Below, piece after piece: positions 49,595 through 61,479 of a DNA stretch of 64,000 nucleotides. The notes under the pieces are model-generated. The model searched no databases. It had not been told where the DNA came from and worked only from the letters and a program-made list of their open reading frames with translations. This DNA comes from Mobula hypostoma. Taxonomy: Eukaryota. Position 1 is the first letter of the stretch. Each line of letters opens with the position of its first letter. The translations under genes and the position numbers were made by a program. The DNA lies in assembly GCF_963921235.1 (NCBI RefSeq), contig NC_086097.1, positions 82,648,001 to 82,712,000 of the forward strand, read 5' to 3'.

Positions 49595-50794
49595 ATGTCT
49601 ATTATCTCACTGTATTTGTACTGACATGAAGAATCTGTGATATATTTATAAGCCATGAAATTTGGCTTTGTAGTGCCAATTGTTTAAATGCTCCGGAAGT
49701 TGATATCCTTTGGATATTTTGAACAAGGTACGGAGACACAACATGTTTGCTGCCAGTTGCTTGACTGCTAAGAGTGGTATCACTGGCAGTGCTTATATAA
49801 ACCAAAGCTATGCAGGGCAGGCAGATCATGATTGCAATGCTTGTACAATGCTAATTTGATTCCAGCATTGCCAAAACTGGATATAAGCAGCAGTTCTCAT
49901 GCCATTTGTTCAAATGACACAGAGATCCCAACGGTTAGCAGTGACAAGCTAGACCCCACCCCACCCCACCTCCCCCACCCTCCAGCACCATCTATCCATA
50001 GAAACACTATTTAAAGAACTTTCAGTTATGTGTAGGCGACGATTGAAATGTAGAAGTGGTTGTCAAGTGCCACCGGTTTTTGTTTGCAGACGTTGTCAAT
50101 TTTCGGGAACTGTGTCAAAGGCTTAATTTAATCCTGACATATTAGGCTTCCTCTAAACCTTGTTACTTCCAGCCGTAGAGTGCTTGGTGATACATTTCCT
50201 TGGGTTATGTATGACGACAGTGAGTGAGAAGAGCACCCAAAGAGTAGGGTAACCTGTTAGGAGGAAGAAGATGGAGAGAATCGGCCTTAAGCAGATCCAA
50301 TCAACCAGAAGAAGAAAAGGAAGAGCATTCCTGCCATGAACACCTTTCCGAAGGAGCAGCTCTCAGTGGACATGTTGATTGGCATGCACCGTGTTCTTTC
50401 CACAAAAACCCACGCTACGTTGATAGGGCGCTCCCTTCTGCTCCTTGCCGTTGTACATGCAGTTCCAGGCAGGTCCGTCAATGGGTCCAACATTTTGTTT
50501 TATATGCACCTCTGTTCTCTTTGTCAGCTGCCCTACCAGAGTCCTCATTTAGGTACTCGTTTGAAGACCAGTGCATCCTCATCCTCTGGAAACAATTCAG
50601 AAACAATTCCTTCCCTTCTGCCATCAGATTTCTAATATTCATTGAGCATTACTCCATTCTTCCATTTTTTTTGCATTATTTGTTTTGTCATTTATAGTGG
50701 GATTTTTCTTTGTGTCTTTGCACTGTACTGCTGCCACAAAGCACCAAATTTCATGCCCTACAAGAATATGATAACACATCTGATTCTGAGTCTG

Positions 50795-51140
50795 AGGCTG
50801 CTGGCACAGCAGTCTAACTACTGCCTCACAACTCCCGGGACCTGGGTTTGATTCTGACCTCGGGTGATACCCGTGTGAAGTTTTGCACATTCTTCCAATG
50901 ACCACATGTGCAGCTGCCAGGCACTCTGATCACTTCCCCCATCCCAAGGTGTGTCAGTGGGTAAAGTAGCTGCTGTAAATTACCCCTCGGAGTAGGTAAA
51001 TGATAAATGAACCAACTGCCAGTCGAGGGGTAAGTGAGAGACAATTAGTTGTAGGGCAGTAAGGAAAATAAAAGTACAAAGGAGATTGCGTTATTGGGAG
51101 CCATCTTGGGCAACTGTCCCCCTTTTGTGTCATAATAAAT
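50795..51140 (+). mobile_element. V-SINE-like element
   Basis: TGGCACAGCAG A box, GGGTTTGATTC B box, V-domain TGTGAAGTTTTGCACATTCTTCC. Confidence 0.6.
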
Positions 51141-51889
51141 AAGTATTCCCCTTCTAACTTGGCGGCATGCCGCTATTCATTACGTACAGATTCACCTTCT
51201 ACAAAATGGTGCTGTGGGTATCAGATTGAGTGATGGCTACCTTCATTGTCTCTCTCTCGCAATGGAGTCACTGCCCCAAGGCTAGTGAGTGAGCTCACAT
51301 GCTCTATTCAGGGACACAAAAACTACTTTAAGAGATGTCAACTGTTTTAAATCTGTACTAGCCACCTTGAGTCTCTATCAGCCTTTCAAGAAGGCCTGAG
51401 CCTTCTGCTGATATGCTGACCAGCCAGGGCAAGCAAATTGCTGCAATCATGGCTATGAGCTTTTTGCAGAAGTTTTTTGCCCATCTTATCCTGAGCTAGG
51501 TAGGCATGGCTAATTTTGGTTTGCTACCAGTTCTTTTGCACACTGGTTACATATCTTTCTTTGTGTGTAATTTTTCGTTGATTCTATTCCATTTCTTTGC
51601 TTTACTGTGAACATCTGCAAGAAAATGAATCTCAGGGTATTGTATGGTGACATAGAGTAAATGTACTTCGATAATAAATTTACTTCAAACTTTAGAGTTC
51701 CTGCTTTCTCGTTCAATCCAATTTAATTTTTGAAGATCTTGAAATTACATCATGTGAAAGCTACTTCTGTTGGAAATTCTTTGCAAAGCACTATGCAAAG
51801 AAGCTGACACAATTATGTTTTCCAGTGTTCAACATAACATGTATACAGCTAATCCCATGAGATCACAAAAGCACCAATTAAACCAAGTG

Positions 51890-52575
51890 CGGGAGGAGAA
51901 GATGGCAGCTCTACACAGCGCGCGCGGCCGCTCTGAAATGATATCGGTATTTGTTAAGTAGGTACCGTGCACAATCCTGATTTGATGGAGACAGTCGTGA
52001 GAAGCACGGAGGAACATCTGGAGAAACTTCCGAAATGCCCACTTCGCTGCTGCTGCTACTATGCGATTGAGAATCTCCGGAGGGGAAGGCCCCTAATCCT
52101 CGGCTTTACCTATTGCCTGTTGCCGGGGCCAGGGTCGAAGCACTTGGCAGAGATGGTGCTCGGTGCTCGGTGTCGGAGGGTTGGTCGGAGGCTCAAAGTT
52201 TTCGGACGGACTCAAGGGTCGGCTGTGGTCGGGTGCTTCCAGGGTGCTGCATTGGCAAGTTTGCGGCACTGGAGGTTCATGGCAAGGAGAGTTTTTCTTC
52301 CTTCTACCGTCTGCGTGAGATGATGGGACTTTTGAGAGTCTTTGAGACCTTTTGTTTTACTGTGCCCATGGTCTGTTCTCTATCAAATTACGGTATTGCT
52401 TTGCACTGTTGTAACTATATGTTATAATTATGTATTTTTTGTCAGATTTTCAGTCTTGGTTTGTCTTGTGTTTCTGTGATATCATACTGGAGAAACATTG
52501 TATCATTTCTTAATGCATGCACTACTAAATGACAATAAAAGAGGACTGCATGCCCTCATAATCTAATCTAATCTA
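51890..52575 (+). mobile_element. Bipartite non-coding retroposon (GC-rich head, Rex1-like tail)
   Basis: Begins near GAAGATGGC; CpG-rich 5' half, T-rich 3' half, AATAAA, then an (AATCT)3 tail. Confidence 0.55.
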
Positions 52576-53265
52576 AACATCAATTTTTTCAGTAACAGTA
52601 TGACTCTTACATGCCATGACAGAACTGTATTACTCTAAAAGTTTGCTTTGCTGAATATAGAAATACTGTAATTATAGTGTAGCATCAGTGTTTCAGGTAA
52701 ATATCTATTACAGTATGATACACTTGGGAGACAAATAGGCACAATTTTGTCTGCATTGACAAGAGTAGTATTACAAGAGCTAGCATGATTATTGATTTAA
52801 GGTGGTCATTTCACAGTGAAACTCAACGTAAGTGAAGGTGTTACTATGATCGATATGCATTTATCAAGATGAAAAGATTGCACTATTTTAGTATCCAGAT
52901 AATGTACCCTTTTTTTTTACTACAGTGACTTTCCTCCATTCAGGTGCCTTTTTGAAACCTGAACATGGCCTTTTAGTGTAGGTGTGTGTTTAAGGTGATA
53001 AGACTGCTTATTGATGAACTAACATCCTTAAATGGTACCATGATTTAATATCAATGTTAGTTGATCCAGAAGAAGATTTAGAATTTTCCTTATTCAGTGA
53101 TCCACTCCAATAATTTCAGGGGAGTTTAAATTAGTTAGCTTAAGATGAGTACCATAGAAAATATAATATTTTAATCAAAAATATTGAAGGAAGATGGATT
53201 GACATGGATTTAAGAAAAGGCTATATTTGACTAATATTATCCAATTATTTGAAGTCAAAGTTGAG

Positions 53266-53620
53266 TTATTGTACTGTACATGTAAATAGCAATGTAATGA
53301 AGAACTTTCAGTTGTGTCACGGGCACTTAACATCATATTACAAAATTTGCAAAATAAACATAAATTATACAAGTAAACACAAATGGAATATAAAAAGCAA
53401 AGTCCACTTTAGTGCAAAGTGGTCAAAGCATTCATGGTATTGCAAAATGTAGTGATTAGAGTTGTGCCAGTTGGTTCAAGAGCTGCATGGTTGAAGATAA
53501 GTAATTATTCTTGAACCTGATGGCGTGGGACTTCAGGTTTCTGTACCTCCTGCCTGATAGTAGCTGCATAAGGACGGCCTGGCCTGGATGGTGGGATCTT
53601 TGAGAGATGATGCTTTCTTA
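53266..53620 (-). mobile_element. Rex1/Babar 3' fragment
   Basis: Reverse complement CAGGCAGGAGGTACAGAAACCTGAAGTCCCACGCCATCAGGTTCAAGAATAATTAC encodes GRRYRNLK..RFKNNY. Confidence 0.75.
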
Positions 53621-54899
53621 CTTTCTATCATGACAAAAATTGTGAAAATATGCAAAGTTTAGGCAGGATATTGCGCTGGATATAATATAGACTCATGACC
53701 AAAGTGGGACTATTTGGATTTGCAGGCCAATTAATTCAGTGCAGCGATAGACTGGCATCAATTTGACGATGTTAAAGAAGTATTCAGGCATGCCTGGTCA
53801 ACACACAACAGTATTCCTTCATGATGTCCTTCATCCTCTGACCTCTGCCAGTGTGGCAGTGTCCTTGCTGTTCCCTTGCTTAGCCTGGTTTGGTCTTGCA
53901 CATGCTGAGATGCTGCAATCTGGAGCTGAGGCATCCAGGCCCACATATGCTCAGAGTCATTCTTCAAGGTCATTTGGAGCTGTCTTGTTGAAATTCAGTA
54001 GCCATCCGCCAGCCTCTTGGTTAGCTTTGAGTAGGAGGAATAGGTCCAACTTAGGCACACAGAAATCACAGCATTGAAGGAAAGGTGATTAGTTCACTAT
54101 TGTCTGTTAATTGGAATATTTTCAATGTGAAATATGGACACAAATATTTATTTTACTAGGGCTACAACGTCTGGTTTGGGGAAATGATGCTGTGATATTA
54201 TTGATAGAAAGGAAAGCCATGGACTATTGTTGAAGGGAAATTAGGGTTACGGATCTGGTCTTCAGCTTGGTAAGCTGGCTGGAATGGACAGTTCTAAATT
54301 GTCTTCTCCCTTTTTTCATCTTCCTTCTCCTCATTTTTCTGCTCCTTTGCGTGTCCTACTGCTATTGGTGAGAGCTATCTGCTCATGGTAGTGATTCTGT
54401 GCAACATGCTATTAACTGCTCACCTTCCAGAGTCTTGAACCTGATGATGTGGGTCTATGGGCTGCTGTACCTCCTAGACAGAGTAGTCTGACCGGTAGAA
54501 TCGTCTTCATGGTTTGCTCTGCCATCTGTAATTTAACACCATGTGATTTGTTGTTTCTGTGTTGCTCGTGTGTCTGTGTTGTACACAGGAGTCCTGAAAC
54601 ATGATGACAGCAAGATAGCTCAAATAGTTACATGAACAAGAAAATCAAAAACTGCAGTTGCCAAAAAATCTAAAAATGCCTGAAACACTCAGCAGGTCAG
54701 CTAGCTTCTATAGAGAGAGAAAAACAGAGTACTTTTTCAAAGTAACTTTTACAGGAACTGGAAAAGAGGGATATCAAGTTAGTTTTAACTTGTAGGGGAG
54801 GGATGGATATAAAAAAGGAATGTAGGCTGAGGCAGGGATCGCTGTGGGAATGAGAGGCAGATTAATTTATTTGACTGATGAAAGGGGAGGGAAGAAGGT

Positions 54900-55102
54900 T
54901 TGTGATGGTGGAATCCTGGAGAAGATGGTGGTGGTGAAGGTGGAAATGATAGGGTCTTTTAAGAGAATCCTGGATGGATACAAGGAGCTTAGAAAAATAG
55001 AGGGCTATGGGTAAGCCTAGGTAGCTCTAAGGTAAGGACATGTTCGGCACAGCTTTGTGGGCTGAAGTGCCTGTATTGTGCTGTAGGTTTTCTATGTTTC
55101 TA
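54900..55102 (+). mobile_element. CR1 3' tip
   Basis: Matches 13320-13500 and 27210-27385; (TTTCTATG) tail. Confidence 0.88.
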
Positions 55103-55284
55103 TAATGTGAGGGATGACTGTTGGAGGAAACTTGGTTGGAAACTGAGGAGCAGGAGACCTCTGCCCTTGTTCCGTCTGGAACGACTGACACAGGAAATAG
55201 CCACAGGTGACAGATTTCTTTTCAAGTCATCTCATTTACTTTCCACTCTCACCCTGTTGATCAGTCTTACTGCTCAGAGAAGTT

Positions 55285-55915
55285 AACTGTTTTTGAGTCT
55301 GGTGCTCCTGCCATGGATGCTACGTAGCTTCCTCCCTGATGGGAGTGGGACAACCAGTCCATGAGCAGGGTGTGTGGGATCTTTCATGATGTTACTGACT
55401 CTTTTCTAGGAATCTTTCTGTACAACTGTCCGTAATGATGGGTAGGCTGGTGCTGGTGATGTTTTGGGCAGTTTCACTATCCATTATGGAGCCTTTTCAC
55501 CCATCCCTGTGCAGTTCGGGGCCAAGCAGCTTGTCAGAATGCTCTCTACTGTGCATCTGTAGAATGACACGAGTATGGATGTGCAAAGTCCCGCTCTCAT
55601 CAGTCTCCTCAGAAAGTGGAGGCGTTGCTGAGCCTTCTTGACTGTGTTCTTCAGCCATGGGGGGTTGCATATGATGTGCACTCCCAGGAGTTTAAGACTG
55701 CTTGCAGTTTCCACTGCTATGCCAATGATCTAAAGAGGGATGTGAGTGGTGTGAGTTCTCTTGAAGATGAAAACCATCTTCTTTGTCTTGCTGATATTGA
55801 GGACGAGGTTATTTGCCTGGCACCAGGCCTCTAGCTCTTCCACCTCCTCTCTGTAGGCCATTTCATCGTTGTTGTTGTTGAATCCCACCACTGTTGTGTC
55901 ATCAGTGAGCATGAC
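55285..55915 (-). mobile_element. Rex1/Babar RT fragment
   Basis: DDTTVVG, WCQANNLVLNISKTK, AQQRLHFLRRL, FYRCTVESILT. Confidence 0.85.
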
Positions 55916-56323
55916 GATGTGATTGTTCTGCTCTTAAGAGTGAGTGTAGTGGGTGCAAGGATAGGAGTTAAAGTTTTCCATTCCAAAGAGTATAAAAGAA
56001 ATGAAATTACGTTGTACTTCATAAATCTTCGATGGTGTCCAGCTTTGTGTGCCAAAGGTAGGATGTGAAGTGCTTGGGGGTAGTTCAAGGGAAATTTACC
56101 AGAATGGAATCAAGATGAGGGACTTCAGCAAAAAGATATGATAAGTTGGAATCATTCTCCATTGAACAAAGAATATTTATGTGAGATTTAGTTGGGGAAT
56201 ACATAATTCAGAGTTCTGGTAGACTAAGTAGTGATAATCTATTTGATCTGGTTAGTAATCAATGCATGCAGGTTTATACATGCTGCCTGGCCTGCTGCGT
56301 TCACCAGCAATTTTTATGTTTGT

Positions 56324-56634
56324 CCCTCTTCTCACTGTTATCGTCAGGTAGGAGGTGCAGAAGCCTGAAGGCACACACTTAGCGATTCAGGAACAGCTCC
56401 TTCCCCTCTGCCATCTGATTTCTAAGTGGACATTGAATCCCTGAACACTACCTCGCTGCTTTTTAAAAATATCTGTTTTTGCACAATTATCTTATTTTAA
56501 TTATTTAATATACAATATATGTACTTCAGTTTTTTCCCATATTTATCATGTATTGCATTGCACTGCTGCTGTGAAGTTAACAAATTTCATGACATCTGCC
56601 GGTGATATTAAACCTGATTCTGATTCTGATTCTG
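56324..56634 (+). mobile_element. Rex1/Babar 3' end, abutting a PLE arm fragment (56280-56323)
   Basis: Matches 16980-17313; (GATTCT)n tail. Confidence 0.85.
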
Positions 56635-57784
56635 AAAGCAATCCAGCAGCAATTTCATAGGTGAGCAATGTATACTTAAAAAAAGGAAAATCAATGTTAA
56701 ACCTTGGGAAAGAGGGTTCGAGTGGAACAGTTTCTAAATCCTACACAGGGCTGACAAAATGCTTTCTGCAAGTGTATTATGACCACAGTAAAAATAAATC
56801 CAAATCAATGAAGATGATCTGAAGATGAATATAAAACATTAAAACTAAAAGTTTTACTTCAAAGTTCAAAGTAAATTTATTATCAAAGTACAGATATGTA
56901 TATGTCATCCTATACTATCTATTCTGATTTTCTGATTTTCTTGTGGACATTCACAATAGAACAAAGAAAGACATGGAGTCAGTGAAAAACTACACACAAA
57001 GATTGACAAACAACCAGTGTGCAAAAAGAGACAATCTGTGAGAATACAAGTAATAATATAAATAAATAATACTGAAAACACAAGTCATCCTTGAAAGTGA
57101 GTCCATAGGTGGTGGAATCAGTTAAGAGTTGAGGTGAGTGAAATTATCCACTCACTTACTTGAAGTTACTTGTTTGCCCCTGCAAAATAATTTTTAGAAA
57201 GTTATGTATTTAATAAGTAATGATCAAAGTAGTGTTTAATTCAACCTTAATAAAAAAAATTCCATAGATTTTGGCATAATCTCTAATTATCTCAAAGGTG
57301 AAGTACTCCTGACTGTAATCAACTTGCAGTGTTGAAGCAATCTTGGTTTAATTCTGAGACAGAACCCATTCTTCAGCCAATTGATTTAATTCTATGTTAT
57401 ATCAAGCAACAGCTGAGAGCACAGGATACAAGAAAGTCTGACACTAGGTAGCATCTCAGCTGTAGTAGTGTTAACTTGTGAACCAAAAGTCTCTGAACTT
57501 CTAGCCTGGCTTTTCCTTTGCAACACAGGCACCTACTCTTAAGTGTGAAAAATTGTCCAGCTAAGCCTTGTTCACAGAAAGGCAGATCAAATATGATCAG
57601 ACTAATTTAGTCAGTCCTATCAATCATCAAAACTATTCCATTGGCTGAAATCATGCTTTGCACAAAGGAAAATTGTGGCACTTGTTGGAGGTAAATCATT
57701 ATAGCCTCAAGGTTTTCCCTAGGCAGTGTCATCTTTATCTGCTTCATAAATGATTTTCCTTCTATATTAAAAGCTAAGGATATA

Positions 57785-57918
57785 AGCGGCGCGGCTAATG
57801 TAGATGAACTGAACAGACTGATGAGGGAGAGGGAGAAGTGGAGAGTCCGTCATCGTGCCCGACGCTGGCCCCCTAGGCCTGAGTCGACATAGTAGTAGTA
57901 GTAGTATTAGTAGTAGTA
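57785..57918 (+). mobile_element. Short young RTE-like LINE 3' end with (TAG)n tail
   Basis: Reads SGAANVDELNRLMREREKWRVRHRARRWPPRPEST*; the stop codon is the first unit of the (TAG)n tail; CpGs retained. Confidence 0.55.
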
Positions 57919-58064
57919 TATTTGTTAATAAATGTTAAATTTCATTCACCTCAGCAAATGAAATAATCCATACCTGCAAACAACAGAAATGAGATAACAT
58001 TCAGGCCTGGGCTGACAAGTGGAAAGTTAAATTTGAGCCTCAATCTAACAGTTAATGACCATCC

Positions 58065-58325
58065 CGTGGGTGGCATGGTAGTGTATTGGTTAGCACAACA
58101 CTTTACAGTACAGGCGTCCGGGTTTCAATTCCCCACACTGCCTGTAAGGAGTTTATTCATTCTCCCCGTGACCGCGTGGGTTTCCTCTGGGTACTCCAGT
58201 TTCCTCCCACAGTCCAAAGACATACTGGTTGGTAGGTTATTTGGTCATGGTAAATTGTCCCCTGATTAGGCTGGCGTTGGGTCGTTGGGCCGCGTGGCGT
58301 GAAGGGCTGGAAGGTAAATAAATAA
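58065..58325 (+). mobile_element. V-SINE-like element
   Basis: tRNA-like head followed by CTGTAAGGAGTTT..TTCTCCCCGTGACCGCGTGGGTTTCCTCTGGG. Confidence 0.7.
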
Positions 58326-58571
58326 ATCTCCAACAGGAGTGAGTCTAACCACCAATCCTTGACATTCAATGGCATTAGATTCACCAGTGTCCCCACGAAG
58401 ATCACGGGGAAGTCACCATTGACTAGGAATTGAATGAAGGAGCCACATAGTGTGGTTACAAGAGCAGGTCAGAGACTGAGTATTCTGTATCTAGTGATTG
58501 GTCTTCTGACACTAGAAAGCATTTCCACCATCAGAAAGGCACCAGGTAGAGGTGTAATGGATTTTTCACTT

Positions 58572-60055
58572 CAGAATCAGAGTCAGGTTTAATATTACCA
58601 GCATATGTCGTGAAATTTGTTAAGTTAGTGGCAGCAGTACAATGCAATTTTTTTTTGTGTTCCATACTCTGCCAGAGCCTCGGCAACCACTTTTTCAAGT
58701 GGTTGTCTTGGAGGAAAGATTCTGTGAGTGGTCACCCACGCCCTTCTCACAGCGCAGTTTTGTTTTAGTGAGGCCGAGTTGCGAGCTCGACACTCAACCT
58801 GGCACGGATGGAAAGCATGCCCGGGAGCGGCCCAACTGGATTCGAACTCAGGAACCTTCGCTCCGGAGTCTGGCGCTGATCTCACTGTGCCACCAGCTGG
58901 CCTTACAATGCAATACATGATAAATATAAAAGAAAGATAAATCAATTCCAGTGACTAAATATGTACATTAAATAGTTAAATCAAAAATAGTGCCAGAACA
59001 GAAATAATTAAAAAAAAAATGAAGTCATGTTCATGGGCCCATTGTCCATTTTGAAGTCTGATGTCAGCGGGACGAAGCTGTTCCTGAATTACTAAGTGTG
59101 TGCCTTCAGGCTTCTGTACCTCCTTCCTGATGGCAACAAGGAGAAGAGGCCATGTCCTGGGTGATGGGCTCCTTAGTAAAGGACACCACCATTCTGATGC
59201 ACCGCTCCTTGAAGAAGTCTTGGATACTACAGAGGCTAGTACCCATGATGGAGCTGACTAATTTTACAACTTTCTTTAGCTTCTTTCGATCCTGTGCAGT
59301 AGCATCCCCATCCCCCATACCAAATATCGATGCAGTCTTGTAGCCTGCCAGAATGCTCTCCTTGGTATATCTGTAGAAGTTTTCAAGTGTTTTAAGTGAC
59401 AAACCAAATCGCCTCAAACTCCTAATGAAATATAGCCGCTGTCTGGCCTTCTTTGTAGCTGCATTGATATGTTGGGACCAGGTTAGACCCTCAGAGATAT
59501 TGACACTCCACTTATGATCCCTCTTTGAGGATTGGTTCATGTTCCTTCGTCTCACCCTTTCTGAAGTCCACAATCAGCGCTTTGGTCCTGCTGACATTAA
59601 ACACAAGATTGTTGCTGTGACACCACTCAACCAGCTGATATATCTCGCTCCTGTGTGACCTCTCATCTCCATCTGAGATTTTGCCAACAATTTAATAGCA
59701 TCAGCAAATTTATAGATGGCATGTGATCTATGCCTGTCCACGCAGTCATGAGTATAGAGAGAGTAGAGCAGTGGGTGAAGCACACATCCCTGAGGTGCAC
59801 CGGTTTTAATTGTCAGTGAGGAGGAGATGTTATTACTAATTTGCAAAGACTGTCGTTTTCTGGTGAAGAAGTCAAGGATCCATTTGCAGAAGGAGGTACA
59901 GAGGCCCAGATTCTGTATTTTTTCGATCTGAACTGTGGGAATGGTGGAGTTAGACACTGAGCTATATTCAAAGGACAGCATCCTGACATAGGTGTTTGTA
60001 TTGCCCAGGTGATCTCAGGCCCTCTGAAGAGCCACTGAGATTGTGTCTGCCATAG
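58572..60055 (-). mobile_element. Rex1/Babar LINE, 5'-truncated
   Basis: CKWILDFF, TGAPQGCVLHPLLYSLYTHDC, KFAD, KKARQRLYFIRSLRRFG; reversed GATTCT tail at 58572. Confidence 0.9.
58649..58903 (-). mobile_element. Young tRNA-derived poly(A) SINE nested in the Rex1 3'UTR
   Basis: A box TGGCACAGTGAG, B box GAGTTCGAATCC, poly(A) tail; TSD TACAATGCAAT at 58638-58648 and 58904-58914. Confidence 0.82.
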
Positions 60056-61479
60056 AACACTTGCCTGGGTAAATGTTGCCCCAGAAAATCCACAGAAAGC
60101 TCAGATCCAGCCACAACAAAGCAACCTGCTCGAATGGTCTTCAAGAACCACCTTAAATATTAATTTCCTCTACCACAAGCATATCGTGACTAGAATGCAA
60201 AATGATTTATAACTACTCACCAAGACTAGTCCAACAGCAACTCCCAAATCTGTGACCCCTCTACCAATACGAACATCATCATGGTAAACATTACATTTTG
60301 ACTTGGAAATATATTTCCATTCCTTCATCATCATTCTGAAACTCCTGTCCCAAATGCACTTGAGGTTCTTCACTAGAGGGATAATTGTAGTTCAAGAAGA
60401 TGGCTCATCAACATCTTCTCAAGGACAATAGGATATGAGAAATAAATGTTGGTCCCACCAGGGCTGCCTTGATCTAAAAAAAATGAATGAATAAATAAAA
60501 GATCAGATAACAAATTATTTTGGTTTCATTGATTAGAATGGAAAGATTACAGTATCTTTAGGACCCATCTCAAAAGAAAAATACACTGTTTATATGTCAG
60601 CTTTAAGATTAATACTGTTTACCTGTTATTGTATTTAAATAACTCTATGTTCACTTCTGTTATTTTTACCAGAAAGTTGCTTTATGTCTCTGATAGATGT
60701 GTGCTTACAGGTTAGTGTATCATTTAATTACTTTGAAAATGATTAACTTCTGAGTAATATTTTGAATATTCTCAATTTGCTGCAACCTGTATTAAATATC
60801 CTCCCTGTACCACTAAAGCCCATTTTCCTTCTCCTACTCTAATCATAATTTCTCAGAATACTAAAAGTTCAATCAGGATGTTGCAGTACAGAATTTAATA
60901 TTCAGATTTGCCATTGCTGAACAGTTACTTCCTCATTTAATTTGCCCTTTGCTGTCTCACACAAATAATTTATCTTCACTGCGAGCCTTGATCCTTTATG
61001 AAGTCTTCGTTAAAAAATGTTGTTCAGTCAAAATCAATGCACCTTTCAAAGTACAGAAGTTGATATGCTTTGTATAGCTTTTAAATTTGTTGGCGAGCTT
61101 ATCATCACGGTTTGGAATCCTTCTCTTTTACCTCTGATTTCAATAAGATAAACTCAAGAGGTCTGAAAACTCTGCCAAGTTACCAACAAGGCACTTAAGT
61201 TATTTTTCAAATCATTCATTCCTTCTTGGTATGATCTTAGAATTTCACAGAAATGTCACTGATTGCAAGAACGTTTTACTTTAGTTCATGAGTCAGATAA
61301 ATTCCAACCCAAAAGAAAAATGCACTTGAGTCATGCCAATTCTCTGACTATCACTATGCACTGTTCTAGTTGTAAATAATTCCATCACTATCCTTCACTA
61401 ATCTCACTATTAATTTCTTTAGTATGTAAAGAGCACTCTACTAACAGTCATGAACTTTTCTTTCCCTGTTTCCCTGTTG

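Noticed and set aside
50248..50697. ~150-codon stop-free frame without an early start, plus an overlapping 99-aa ORF
   Set aside because: No recognisable domain or convincing splice sites; the 3' part is a Rex1 tail (QFRNNSFPSAIRFL).
57818..57850. CTGATGAG as a hammerhead core
   Set aside because: No stem II or GAAA box follows.
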